Shown piece by piece: positions 53,761 to 62,576 of a DNA stretch of 64,000 nt. Location of the stretch: NCBI GenBank assembly GCA_963824305.1, contig CAWGOW010000002.1:118413-182412 (forward strand), written 5' to 3'. Source of the DNA: an uncultured Alphaproteobacteria bacterium (GTDB lineage: Bacteria > Pseudomonadota > Alphaproteobacteria > Rhizobiales > Xanthobacteraceae). The notes beneath the pieces were generated by a model. It searched no databases. It was not told the DNA's origin and was given only the letters and a program-made list of their open reading frames with translations. Made by a program: the position numbers and the translations under genes. The number at the start of each line of letters is the position of its first letter. The first letter of the stretch is position 1.

Positions 53761-56155
53761 CGATCGGATCGCTCATCCATCCGATGTGTTGCGGCCGCGG
53801 AACGTCGGCGCGCCCATCAAGCGCACGGAGGACCCGCGCCTTCTGACCGGCAACGGCGAGTACACGGCCGACCGCAACCCCGACCGAGCGCTGCATCTCG
53901 CCTTCCTTCGTAGCGGTCAGCCTCACGCCCGCATCAAACGGATCGACACCGCGGCGGCGCTGGCTGCGCCAGGCGTGCTCGCCGTGCTTACGGCCGAGGA
54001 TATCGCGGGAGACTTTCAACCCGTGATCCCGTTCTCACGGATGGCGAACTACTATGCGACGCCGATCGTGCCGCTTGCCTCCAGGAAGGTTCGCTATGTC
54101 GGCGAGGCGGTCGCGGCCGTCGTCGCGACGTCTCGCTACCTAGCAGAGGACGCGCTGGAGCTCATTGAAGTCGAATACGAATCTCTCGGCGCTGTCTCGC
54201 GCGCGGAGTTAGCCGTCGCGGACGATGCACCGCTCCTGCACGAAGAAGCCGGCACCAACGTCCTGATCGCGCGCGAATTCAAGAAGGGGGACGTCGCCGC
54301 AGACTTGAAGGCCGCGGCGGTCAGGGTAGGCGGGCGTTTCGAAATGACCCGCAAGGCGCCGCTTGCGATGGAGCCGCGAAGCTACGCTGCGGAATACGAA
54401 AAGCGCCGCGATGCGATCACTCTCTACACCTCGTCGAACATTCCCGGAATCGTCCGTGACGCCATTTCAGAGTCGCTCGGCCTGCCGGGCCATCGTCTCC
54501 GCGTCGTAGCTCCAGACGTCGGTGGAAGCTTCGGTTCGAAGGGTTCTCTCTACCCTGAAGAGTTGCTGATTTGCATCGCGGCGCGCAAGCTTCGCCGGTC
54601 GGTGAAGTGGACGGCGGACCGGCTTGAGGACGTCAGCAGCAGCAGCCAGGCATTCGGCGAAATCGTCGATGCGGAAATGGGGTTCGACGCGAACGGTATC
54701 GCAACCTCGCTGCAGGCCGATGTTATCGGGGACGTCGGAGCTTATTCGATCTATCCCTGGACTTGCGGACTTGAACCGGTTCAGGTCGTGAGCTTCCTGC
54801 CAGGGCCCTACAAGATCCGGTCGTATCGGGGCGCGGTGCGTGGTGTCGCGACCTGCAAGCCGCCGACCGGTCCGTATCGTGGCGTTGGCCGACCCATTTC
54901 GACCTTCGTTGCCGAGCGTCTGATGGACCTCGGCGCCAAGGCCCTCGGCATCGATCCTCTAGAGATCAGACGCCGCAATCTGGTCCGCGCCGAAGAGTTT
55001 CCGTATCGGATCGCTTCCGGGATTATCTGGGACAAGACCGGATTCGTCGAATGCCTCGACGCCGCCGCGAAAGCCGTCGGCTATGAGCAGCTTCGCAAAG
55101 AACAAGCCGAAGCGCGCAAGCAGGGGCGGCTGTTCGGCGTCGGCATCGCTACCTACGCCGAATTGACCGGCATCGGTTCGAGGATTGCGGTGGCGCCGGG
55201 CATGCCGATCAATACCGGCTCGGAGACGGCAAAGATCACGATCAACTCGACGGGTGCGATCACTGCCGCTTTCGGAGTCGCCTCTCACGGTCAAGGCCTC
55301 GAGACGACGTTGGCCCAGATCGTGGCCGATGATCTCGGCGCCCGGTTCGAGGATGTGCGCGTTATCCAGGGCGACAGCGACCAGGTGCCGATGTCGACCG
55401 GAACCTACGCGAGCCGTAGCGCAGTTCTGGGCGGCGGTGCGGCGAAGCACGCCTCGACGATATTGCAGGCGAAGATCAAGCAAGTCGCGTCGCATCTTCT
55501 CGAGGCCAATGCGGCCGACATCGAAGTGACCGATGGCAAGGCCACCGTACTCGGAACGGACCGCACCGTGAATTTCAAGCAGATCGCCAAGGCCGTCTAC
55601 GCCGACATGAAGACCTTACCAATGGACGCTCGCGAGGAGTTGAGCGCGACCTACACCTACGATCCGATCAACGGGACAACCGCGGCGGCCACCCACATCG
55701 CGGCAGTGGAGGTCGACCCGGTTAGCTGCTTCGTGCGGATCCTGAAATTTGTCGTCGCCGAAGACTGCGGCCGGATCATCAACCCGATGATCGTCGACGG
55801 TCAGGTGCACGGTGGTGTGGCGCAAGGCATCGGCGCTGCTCTGCTGGAGGAACTGATCTACGACGAGGATGGCCAACTCCTGACCGCGAGCCTCGTCGAC
55901 TACCTGATCCCTTCCGCCCCCGAGGTGCCGCTGATGGATGTCGTGCATATCGAGAGCGAGTCCGCGGTCGCCGGCGGCTTTCGGGGAATGGGCGAGGGCG
56001 GCACGATCGGCGCGCCGGCTGCAATTGCGAACGCGATCGCCGATGCGTTGTCGCCGCTCGACATCGATGTCTCGATTCTTCCGATGACGCCGGAGCGCAT
56101 CTTCAAATTGATGGAACAAGCCAGATTAAAATCAAGAGGAAAAGTAGATGAGTGA
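53753..56155 (+). CDS. Molybdopterin-binding large subunit of a xanthine dehydrogenase/CoxL-family hydroxylase (not a form-I CO dehydrogenase)
   Basis: Start at ATG 53753 (MSSDRIAHPSDVLRPRNVGAPIKRTEDPRLLTG). 800 aa. The loop reads GPYRGVGRP rather than the VAYRCSFR of CODH. The catalytic Glu context FRGMGEGGTIGAP is present. Confidence 0.88.
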   Translation: MSSDRIAHPSDVLRPRNVGAPIKRTEDPRLLTGNGEYTADRNPDRALHLAFLRSGQPHARIKRIDTAAALAAPGVLAVLTAEDIAGDFQPVIPFSRMANYYATPIVPLASRKVRYVGEAVAAVVATSRYLAEDALELIEVEYESLGAVSRAELAVADDAPLLHEEAGTNVLIAREFKKGDVAADLKAAAVRVGGRFEMTRKAPLAMEPRSYAAEYEKRRDAITLYTSSNIPGIVRDAISESLGLPGHRLRVVAPDVGGSFGSKGSLYPEELLICIAARKLRRSVKWTADRLEDVSSSSQAFGEIVDAEMGFDANGIATSLQADVIGDVGAYSIYPWTCGLEPVQVVSFLPGPYKIRSYRGAVRGVATCKPPTGPYRGVGRPISTFVAERLMDLGAKALGIDPLEIRRRNLVRAEEFPYRIASGIIWDKTGFVECLDAAAKAVGYEQLRKEQAEARKQGRLFGVGIATYAELTGIGSRIAVAPGMPINTGSETAKITINSTGAITAAFGVASHGQGLETTLAQIVADDLGARFEDVRVIQGDSDQVPMSTGTYASRSAVLGGGAAKHASTILQAKIKQVASHLLEANAADIEVTDGKATVLGTDRTVNFKQIAKAVYADMKTLPMDAREELSATYTYDPINGTTAAATHIAAVEVDPVSCFVRILKFVVAEDCGRIINPMIVDGQVHGGVAQGIGAALLEELIYDEDGQLLTASLVDYLIPSAPEVPLMDVVHIESESAVAGGFRGMGEGGTIGAPAAIANAIADALSPLDIDVSILPMTPERIFKLMEQARLKSRGKVDE

Positions 56156-56897
56156 CTTGAAAGGACGCGTGGCCCTCGTGACCGGGGGCGGCCGGGACGT
56201 GGGCGCGGGCATCTCCAAGATGCTTGCGAAGCATGGTGCAAGCATTGCCGTCAATTATCACAGTTCAAAGGCCGAGGCGGAAGCTGTCGTTGCCGAGATC
56301 CAAAAGGCGGGCGGCAACGCGAAGGCCTACCAAGCCGACATCGCGGATGCGGACATCGTCAGGAAGATGATCGCGGACATCAAGAACGATTTTGGCAGAC
56401 TGGACATCCTCATCAACAACGCCGGCTTGGTATTGCGCAAGCGTTTCAGCGAGAGCACGCCCGAGGACTGGAAAAAGCAGATCGACACTTGCCTTTACGG
56501 TGCGCTGAACTGTTCTCATAGCGCAGGTCCATTACTCGAGGCGTCGGGCCACGGACGTATCATCTCGATCATGGGCGACTCCTCCAGGGTCGGTGAATCC
56601 GGGCTGGCGCTTGGAGCCGCGGCGCGCGCGGGCACTATCGCGCTGATGAAGTCGTTGGCACGTGAATGGGGTCGTTCGGGCGTGACTGCAAACTCGATCT
56701 CGCTTGGTCTTATCGAGACGGCGCACGACAAGTCCTGGGTCGACGCGAACCGCGAAAAGCTGGTCAAGGCTTACGCGATTCGCCGGCTCGGGCTGCCGTC
56801 CGACGTGGCGCCGCTGGTTACATTGCTCGCGTCGGATGCGGGTGGCTGGATCACCGGGCAGGTGATCAGCATCAATGGTGGATACAGTATGGTCTAG
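56148..56897 (+). CDS. SDR-family oxidoreductase (FabG-like)
   Basis: TGGGRDVG cofactor motif. 249 aa. Its start overlaps the coxL end by 8 nt. Confidence 0.85.
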   Translation: MSDLKGRVALVTGGGRDVGAGISKMLAKHGASIAVNYHSSKAEAEAVVAEIQKAGGNAKAYQADIADADIVRKMIADIKNDFGRLDILINNAGLVLRKRFSESTPEDWKKQIDTCLYGALNCSHSAGPLLEASGHGRIISIMGDSSRVGESGLALGAAARAGTIALMKSLAREWGRSGVTANSISLGLIETAHDKSWVDANREKLVKAYAIRRLGLPSDVAPLVTLLASDAGGWITGQVISINGGYSMV

Positions 56898-56909
56898 GGG
56901 AATACGGCG

Positions 56910-58451
56910 ATGATGGACGTTGATTTGATCGCTCCAATTGCGCTGCTGATGAATCGGCACCTGAAGAACCGGCCCGAGCAGATCGCTTACTCGGATTCGG
57001 TCAGTTCCGTAACGTACAAGCAGCTGGCGGACAACACGGCGACCATCGCCTCCAACCTGGCAAAGGCGGGACTTCGCGAGGGCGACCGCGTCGCCCTCTA
57101 CCTGCCGAATAGTGTCGACTCGATCGAAGCGTGCTTTGCCGGGCTCAGGGCCGGGGCCGTGATCGTCCCGATAAGCTATGATGCGGCTGAAGGCGAGATC
57201 AGCTACCGGCTCACCGATGCCGATTGCAGCGTTATCGTCACGACCGCCGAAAGAAAAGAATTGGTGACGAAGATCTCGCGGGTAGCCAATATTGCTCCAC
57301 GAATGATCTTCGCCGGCCATGGTGCAGAGCAAGCGGGCACGGCGCTGGCTAATCTGGCGGAGCATGCCGACACCAAGCCGCTCGATCCCGAGGATATCGA
57401 TCGCTCGTCCTTTGTCATTTACACATCGGGCACCACCGGACGCGCCAAGGGCGTGCTTCTTTCGATACGCGGTATGCTTTGGATAGCGGCTTCCTGTTGG
57501 GCTCCGATCTGCGGGCTTAGCGCAAAGGACGTCGTTCTCTCGCCGCTACCGTTGTTTCATTCGTATGGTCTCAATCTGTCAGTGCTCAGCGTTCTTGCGA
57601 TCGGCGCAAGCGAACACCTCATGGAGCGGTTCTCTCCACAGCTCGCTTTGGACCTGATGCAGTCGGGCAGATACACCATCTTCCCCGGCGTCCCGACCAT
57701 GTTTCACTATCTGCTGCATCGGGCGCAGGAGACCCGGGTCGAGCGGCTGGGCAATATCCGGCTTTGTATCTCAGCCGGCGCCATCATGCCGGCAACGTTG
57801 AACCGAGCCTTCGAGGAACGCTTCAAGACACCGTTGCTCGATGGATACGGCATCACCGAGACGTCCACCATGGTCACCATGAATTGGCTCAGCGGCACGC
57901 GGCCCAGCGGCTCGTGCGGATTGCCGGTGCCGGGGCTCGCGGTACGCATCGTCGATCCCAACACGCTCGAAGATGTTCCGATTGGTGGCGAGGGCGAACT
58001 GATCGTCCGCGGACCAAACCTCATGCAGGGCTATCATAACAAGCCGACGGAGACTGCGTCGGCGCTCCGCAAGGGGTGGTATCACACGGGAGATCTCGCC
58101 AAGTCGGACCCGGCCGGCTACCTGACCATCACGGGCCGGATCAAGGAACTGATCATCCGGGGCGGTCAGAACATCGCGCCTGCCGAGATCGAGGAAGTCG
58201 TCGTTCGGCATCCCCAGGTCAAGGACTGTGCGGTTGTCGGTGTGAAGCATGCGACGCTGGGGGAGGTGCCTTGCCTCTTCGTCGTCGCGAACGGAAATGA
58301 GTTGGATGTTTCGTCTCTGATGGATCATTGCAGGGCGCATTTGTCTGCCTACAAGATTCCGGAGGCGACCCATCTCGTCGGAGAAATTCCTCGTACCGGC
58401 TCCGGAAAGATCATGCGCTTCAAGCTGGCCGAAGCCTTGAGCAAATCGTGA
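56910..58451 (+). CDS. AMP-forming acyl-CoA synthetase/ligase (ANL superfamily)
   Basis: 513 aa with the AMP motif YTSGTTGRAKGV, plus GYGITETS, TGDLA and GKIMRFKL. Confidence 0.88.
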   Translation: MMDVDLIAPIALLMNRHLKNRPEQIAYSDSVSSVTYKQLADNTATIASNLAKAGLREGDRVALYLPNSVDSIEACFAGLRAGAVIVPISYDAAEGEISYRLTDADCSVIVTTAERKELVTKISRVANIAPRMIFAGHGAEQAGTALANLAEHADTKPLDPEDIDRSSFVIYTSGTTGRAKGVLLSIRGMLWIAASCWAPICGLSAKDVVLSPLPLFHSYGLNLSVLSVLAIGASEHLMERFSPQLALDLMQSGRYTIFPGVPTMFHYLLHRAQETRVERLGNIRLCISAGAIMPATLNRAFEERFKTPLLDGYGITETSTMVTMNWLSGTRPSGSCGLPVPGLAVRIVDPNTLEDVPIGGEGELIVRGPNLMQGYHNKPTETASALRKGWYHTGDLAKSDPAGYLTITGRIKELIIRGGQNIAPAEIEEVVVRHPQVKDCAVVGVKHATLGEVPCLFVVANGNELDVSSLMDHCRAHLSAYKIPEATHLVGEIPRTGSGKIMRFKLAEALSKS

Positions 58452-58459
58452 TTGGACGA

Positions 58460-59566
58460 TCAGTCGACCGAACGCGGCCCCAAGGCGCCGAACGATTCCG
58501 GATCGTAGGTCAGCCGATAGCGCATGTCCGCGGCGACGATCGGCTGTTTGCAGCGATCGCAGTTCACCGACGGTTGGAAATCGTGTCCACATTTGAGATG
58601 GGTGAGTATCAACGGAGGCTTGCCCTTGGAGAGCCAACGGTCGCCCCATTGCAGCATCGCGATGAAGGGGCCATAGAGGTCCAACCCCATGTCGGTGAGA
58701 AGATACTCGTACCGGTCCGGGGAACTTTGGTACTGCCTGCGATGAAAGACGCCGCTGGCAACCAGGCGATTGAGCCGATCGGTCAGGATGTTCGGCGCGA
58801 TCGCGAGTTCGGTCAGGATCTTGTCGTAGCGACGGTTGCCGAAAAAACCCTCGCGGACAACCATGAAGCTCCACTTGTCGCCGATGATTTCAAGCGCGCG
58901 CGAAACCGAACTTGGGCGGCCTTGCACGAACCGGCTGCCGTCGGAAGGACGCCTGGTGTTGCGGCCGGGTTTGGCAAGACATCGTCCGGCACCGGGGCCA
59001 TCGCGGTATTTGGCATCGCGGGCGCTGACAGCTTCGCCACAATCGGAGCAGGCGACGATGGGGTGGCTGTCGCAACCACAGACGCCGTGGATCAGCGTCA
59101 GCGGACGAGGCTTGTCCTTGAAGAGCCAGCGGTCTCCGAATTGCATCAGCGCGATGAAGCTCGGATAGAGATCAAATCCCATCTTCGTCAGGCGATATTC
59201 CTTGCGTCGCGAAGATCCGGGCGCGACCTGTCGGAAGATGGCGAGTTGGGTAAGCTTTCTGAGCCGATCGGTCAGGGTCGCCCGCGGAATGCCGAGCGCG
59301 GAGCGGAACGCTTCGAACGTTTGGGTGCCGAAGAACGCCTCGCGGATGATCAGGAATGCCCAGGCGTCGGAGACGATGTCCAGCGTGCGAGCGACCGAAC
59401 AATTGCGCTCGGTGCGGACGATGCCGGTTCGCCCCGCGGGCGCCACCGATCTTGGCTTCAGCGGGGATTTGGTCGTTTTTTTTATTTTGGCGGCGGCGGG
59501 CATCCCGACCTGTCCATTACGCGGCAGCCACGACGGCAGCCTTCGAAAGTCGCGCAGCTTTACCAC
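58460..59566 (-). CDS. Tandem-duplicated HxlR (DUF24)-type winged-helix regulator; each half carries a C-terminal His/Cys (H-x2-C...C-x2-C) module
   Basis: Half 1: CSVARTLDIVSDAWAFLIIRE...GDRWLFKDKPRPLTLIHGVCGCDSHPIVACSDCGEAV. Half 2: VSRALEIIGDKWSFMVVRE...GDRWLSKGKPPLILTHLKCGHDFQPSVNCDRCKQPI. The start is GTG 59566 or, more likely, ATG 59503. Confidence 0.75.
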   Translation of the reverse strand: MVKLRDFRRLPSWLPRNGQVGMPAAAKIKKTTKSPLKPRSVAPAGRTGIVRTERNCSVARTLDIVSDAWAFLIIREAFFGTQTFEAFRSALGIPRATLTDRLRKLTQLAIFRQVAPGSSRRKEYRLTKMGFDLYPSFIALMQFGDRWLFKDKPRPLTLIHGVCGCDSHPIVACSDCGEAVSARDAKYRDGPGAGRCLAKPGRNTRRPSDGSRFVQGRPSSVSRALEIIGDKWSFMVVREGFFGNRRYDKILTELAIAPNILTDRLNRLVASGVFHRRQYQSSPDRYEYLLTDMGLDLYGPFIAMLQWGDRWLSKGKPPLILTHLKCGHDFQPSVNCDRCKQPIVAADMRYRLTYDPESFGALGPRSVD

Positions 59567-59576
59567 AACGGTACGA

Positions 59577-59639
59577 TTGACTAGCCGGAAATATCAGTCT
59601 AGTTACGCATGTAAGTAAGTCTAGTTATGCTAGTAATAA
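59577..59639 (+). promoter_or_regulatory. Candidate promoter/operator: TTGACT-N13 followed by two tandem 22-bp direct repeats (AGTCTAGTTACGCATGTAAGTA / AGTCTAGTTATGCTAGTAATAA)
   Basis: Read directly in the HxlR/SBP divergent intergenic region. The repeats lie at 59596-59617 and 59618-59639 and are 17/22 identical. The same motif occurs at 50773-50794. Confidence 0.65.
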
Positions 59640-59680
59640 AAGCAAACTATTAGGCATAAAAACGTTTAGGGAGGAATGTC

Positions 59681-60907
59681 ATGAAGCTGAGGATCGAAAG
59701 CCTCCTGATCGCGTCGGCGGCGATCTTGATGGTCAACTGCGGCGCCGGAGCGCAGACCACGAAGATCTCGGATGACGTCGTCAAGATCGGCGTGCTGACG
59801 GATATGTCGGGACAATTCTCGCACGAATCCGGAGAAGGCTCGGTGACGGCGATCAGGATGGCCGTTGAGGATTTCGGCGGCAAGGTTCTCGGAAAGCCGA
59901 TCGAGGTGATCGTCGCCGACCATCAGAACAAGCCGGATACCGCTTCCGCACTGGCGCGCAAATGGTTCGACGTGGACCACGTCGATATGATCGGCAACCT
60001 GATCAATTCGTCGATCGCGCTCACGGTTGCCGGGCTCGCGAAAGAAAAGAACCGGATCGCTATCATCAACGGCTCTGGGTCGTCCCGTCTCACCGGTGAT
60101 GCGTGCACGCCAAATAGTATTCACTATGCCTACGATACCTATGCTCTCGCGCGCGGAACCGGCGCCGCTTTGGCCAAGGCGGGCAAGAAGTCGTGGTACT
60201 TCCTGACGGCAGACTACGCGTTCGGGCACGCGCTCGAAGCCGACACCTCAGCGGTCGTGAAGGCGATGGGCGGCGAGGTTCTCGGGTCGACCCGTTATCC
60301 GCCTGACTCGTTCGATCAGTCCTCTTTCCTTCTGCAGGCGCAGTCGTCGAAAGCGCAAGTCGTGGCGCTGGCCGGCTCCGGTAATGTGCTGGTGAATTCG
60401 ATCAAGTCGGCGCAGGAATTCGGCATTCCGACCGGCGGCCAGACCCTCGCCGGTCTACTTGTCTGGATCACCGACGTCAGGAGCCTTGGACTTTCGGCAG
60501 CGCAGGGACTGGTTCTCACTAACGCGTTCTACTGGGATCGCGATGATGAAACCCGGGCCTGGTCTAGGCGCTTTTACGAGCGGACGAAGAAGATGCCGCA
60601 CATGGGCGATGCGGGCGACTATTCGTCGACAATGCACTATCTGAAGGCCATCGAAGCGGCCGGTACAGATGAGGCGCAAGCCGTCATGAGCAAGATGCGC
60701 GAGTTGCCGATCAACGATTTCTTCGCGAAGAACGGCCGGGTTCGCGAGGATGGCCGCATGGTGCACGACATGTACGTGTATGAAGTGAAAAAGCCTTCCG
60801 AGTCCAAGGGCGACTGGGACTTCTACAAGCTTCGCGAGGTGATCCCTGGGGACCAGGCTTTTCGTCCGCTGAAGGACAGCGCCTGTCCCCTGGTCAAAAA
60901 GGGCTGA
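59681..60907 (+). CDS. ABC transporter substrate-binding protein, Liv type (orphan SBP) with signal peptide
   Basis: 408 aa. GGGAGG SD. The signal peptide ends at GAGA-QT. It is a paralogue of the SBP at 42093-43313. Confidence 0.82.
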   Translation: MKLRIESLLIASAAILMVNCGAGAQTTKISDDVVKIGVLTDMSGQFSHESGEGSVTAIRMAVEDFGGKVLGKPIEVIVADHQNKPDTASALARKWFDVDHVDMIGNLINSSIALTVAGLAKEKNRIAIINGSGSSRLTGDACTPNSIHYAYDTYALARGTGAALAKAGKKSWYFLTADYAFGHALEADTSAVVKAMGGEVLGSTRYPPDSFDQSSFLLQAQSSKAQVVALAGSGNVLVNSIKSAQEFGIPTGGQTLAGLLVWITDVRSLGLSAAQGLVLTNAFYWDRDDETRAWSRRFYERTKKMPHMGDAGDYSSTMHYLKAIEAAGTDEAQAVMSKMRELPINDFFAKNGRVREDGRMVHDMYVYEVKKPSESKGDWDFYKLREVIPGDQAFRPLKDSACPLVKKG

Positions 60908-60986
60908 TGTTGGCGGATCCGTTTCGCCGTTAATTTGTACGCAATGCCGGCCGCCGCGAAACGGGGCCGTTTCTTAGGAGGCACAG

Positions 60987-62543
60987 ATGGATCAGGAAAC
61001 AATCGCCAGAGGCTTGGCGCCGAAATCCCGCAAGCCGATCAGGTCGGGCTCCGAGTATATCGACAGCCTGAGACACCGGAATCTTAAGGTCTATCTGATG
61101 GGCGAAATGGTCGACGAGCCCGTCGATCATCCGATCATCAGGCCTTCGATCAACGCGGTCGCGCAGACCTACGACCTTGCAAACGAAAATCCGGAACTTG
61201 CATCTGCCGTGTCGCCCTTTACTGGTGAGCGCGTAAATCGGTTTCTTCACATCTCGGCGAGCCCTGCCGATCTCGTCATGCAGAACAAGATGCAACGGCG
61301 CTTGGGGCAGCTGACCGGCACATGTTTCCAGCGTTGCGTCGGCATGGATGCGCTCAACTCGCTGCATTCGGTCTCGTACGATTTGGATGAAAAGTTTGGG
61401 ACCGAGTACCATCGGCGCTTCACGCAATTCCTCACCCAGATGCAAAAGGCGAATTTTGTAATCGGCGGTGCAATGACCGACGTGAAGGGTGATCGCGGAA
61501 AATCGCCTTCGCAGCAGGCCGATCCGGACCTCTTTGTGCATGTCACCCGACGCACCGCAGATGGTGTCTTCATCAGCGGCGCCAAAGCGCATCAGACTGG
61601 CTGCCTGAATTCACACTGGTTGATCGTGATGCCGACGATGCGGTTGGAGACTGCAGACAAGAATTACGCGATCGTTGGCGCGATACCGGTTGATGCCGAA
61701 GGCATCACCTACATCTATGGCCGTCAATCCTGTGACACCCGCAGCGCCGAAGGCGGCGATATCGATGTCGGGAACGCGCAATTTTCGGGCCAAGAAGCGA
61801 TGATCATCTTCGAGGACGTCTTTATTCCGCGAGAGCTCGTCTTCCTCGACGGGGAGTACGAATTTGCAGCCACACTAGTCGAGCGATTTACATGCTATCA
61901 CCGCCGCAGCTACGTCTGCAAAACCGGCGTTGGCGATGTCCTGATCGGCGCCGCAGCCACCATCGCCGATTACAACGGTGTCGAGCGGGTCTCACATATC
62001 AAAGACAAGCTCGTCGAAATGACGCATCTCAACGAGACGATCTACGGCACCGGCATTGCCGCGAGCCATCAGGGCATGAAAATGAAATCGGGCGCGTACC
62101 TGCCCGACGAGATGCTAGCTAATGTTTGCAAGCACCATGTCACGCGCTTGCCTTACGAAATTGGCCGGTTGGCGCAGGATCTTGCCGGCGGCTTGATGGT
62201 TACGCTGCCATCCGAGCTGGAGCTGCGACACGAAACCGTAGGTCCGATGATCGAAAAATATCTCAAGGGGCGCCCCGAAGTCGCGACCGAAGACCGCATA
62301 CGCATTTTGCGTTTGGTGGAGAACATGACGCTGGGCAGAAACGCGGTAGGATATCTCACGGAGTCCATGCATGGCGCTGGATCTCCGCAAGCGCAACGGA
62401 TTCAGATCGCGCGCTCAATGCAAATCGAATTCAAGAAAGAGTTGGCGAAAACGTTGGCCGGTATCGCGGCCGCTTCGCGCGAAGAGATATCGGACGACCT
62501 CTCCATGTACATGACACGAGTATTCGCGCCCGTCCGCAATTGA
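60987..62543 (+). CDS. 4-hydroxybutyryl-CoA dehydratase/vinylacetyl-CoA delta-isomerase family protein (AbfD-like; HpaB-fold FAD/[4Fe-4S] enzyme)
   Basis: 518 aa. From memory it is collinear with Clostridium aminobutyricum AbfD (DHPIIRPSINAV, CFQRCVGMDA with C-x3-C, GAMTDVKGDR, YGRQSCDTR, YHRRSYVCKTGVGDV with His...Cys, HGAGSPQAQRI). Confidence 0.8.
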   Translation: MDQETIARGLAPKSRKPIRSGSEYIDSLRHRNLKVYLMGEMVDEPVDHPIIRPSINAVAQTYDLANENPELASAVSPFTGERVNRFLHISASPADLVMQNKMQRRLGQLTGTCFQRCVGMDALNSLHSVSYDLDEKFGTEYHRRFTQFLTQMQKANFVIGGAMTDVKGDRGKSPSQQADPDLFVHVTRRTADGVFISGAKAHQTGCLNSHWLIVMPTMRLETADKNYAIVGAIPVDAEGITYIYGRQSCDTRSAEGGDIDVGNAQFSGQEAMIIFEDVFIPRELVFLDGEYEFAATLVERFTCYHRRSYVCKTGVGDVLIGAAATIADYNGVERVSHIKDKLVEMTHLNETIYGTGIAASHQGMKMKSGAYLPDEMLANVCKHHVTRLPYEIGRLAQDLAGGLMVTLPSELELRHETVGPMIEKYLKGRPEVATEDRIRILRLVENMTLGRNAVGYLTESMHGAGSPQAQRIQIARSMQIEFKKELAKTLAGIAAASREEISDDLSMYMTRVFAPVRN

Positions 62544-62576
62544 CAATCGGAACGCGTTCTCGCAACGGTGTGGCTT

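Noticed and set aside
53753-56155. Possibility that coxMSL here encodes an aerobic carbon-monoxide dehydrogenase
   Set aside because: The large subunit lacks the form-I CODH active-site loop (VAYRCSFR) and reads GPYRGVGRP instead. No coxDEF accessory genes are present, and the neighbours are CoA-ester enzymes. It is therefore called a generic Mo hydroxylase.
57771-59584. A 367-aa minus ORF (57771-58874) and a 418-aa plus ORF (58328-59584) overlapping the ligase and HxlR genes
   Set aside because: Both run antisense to, or out of frame with, genes that have strong family signatures. Their translations are Arg/Pro/Gly-rich and uninformative.
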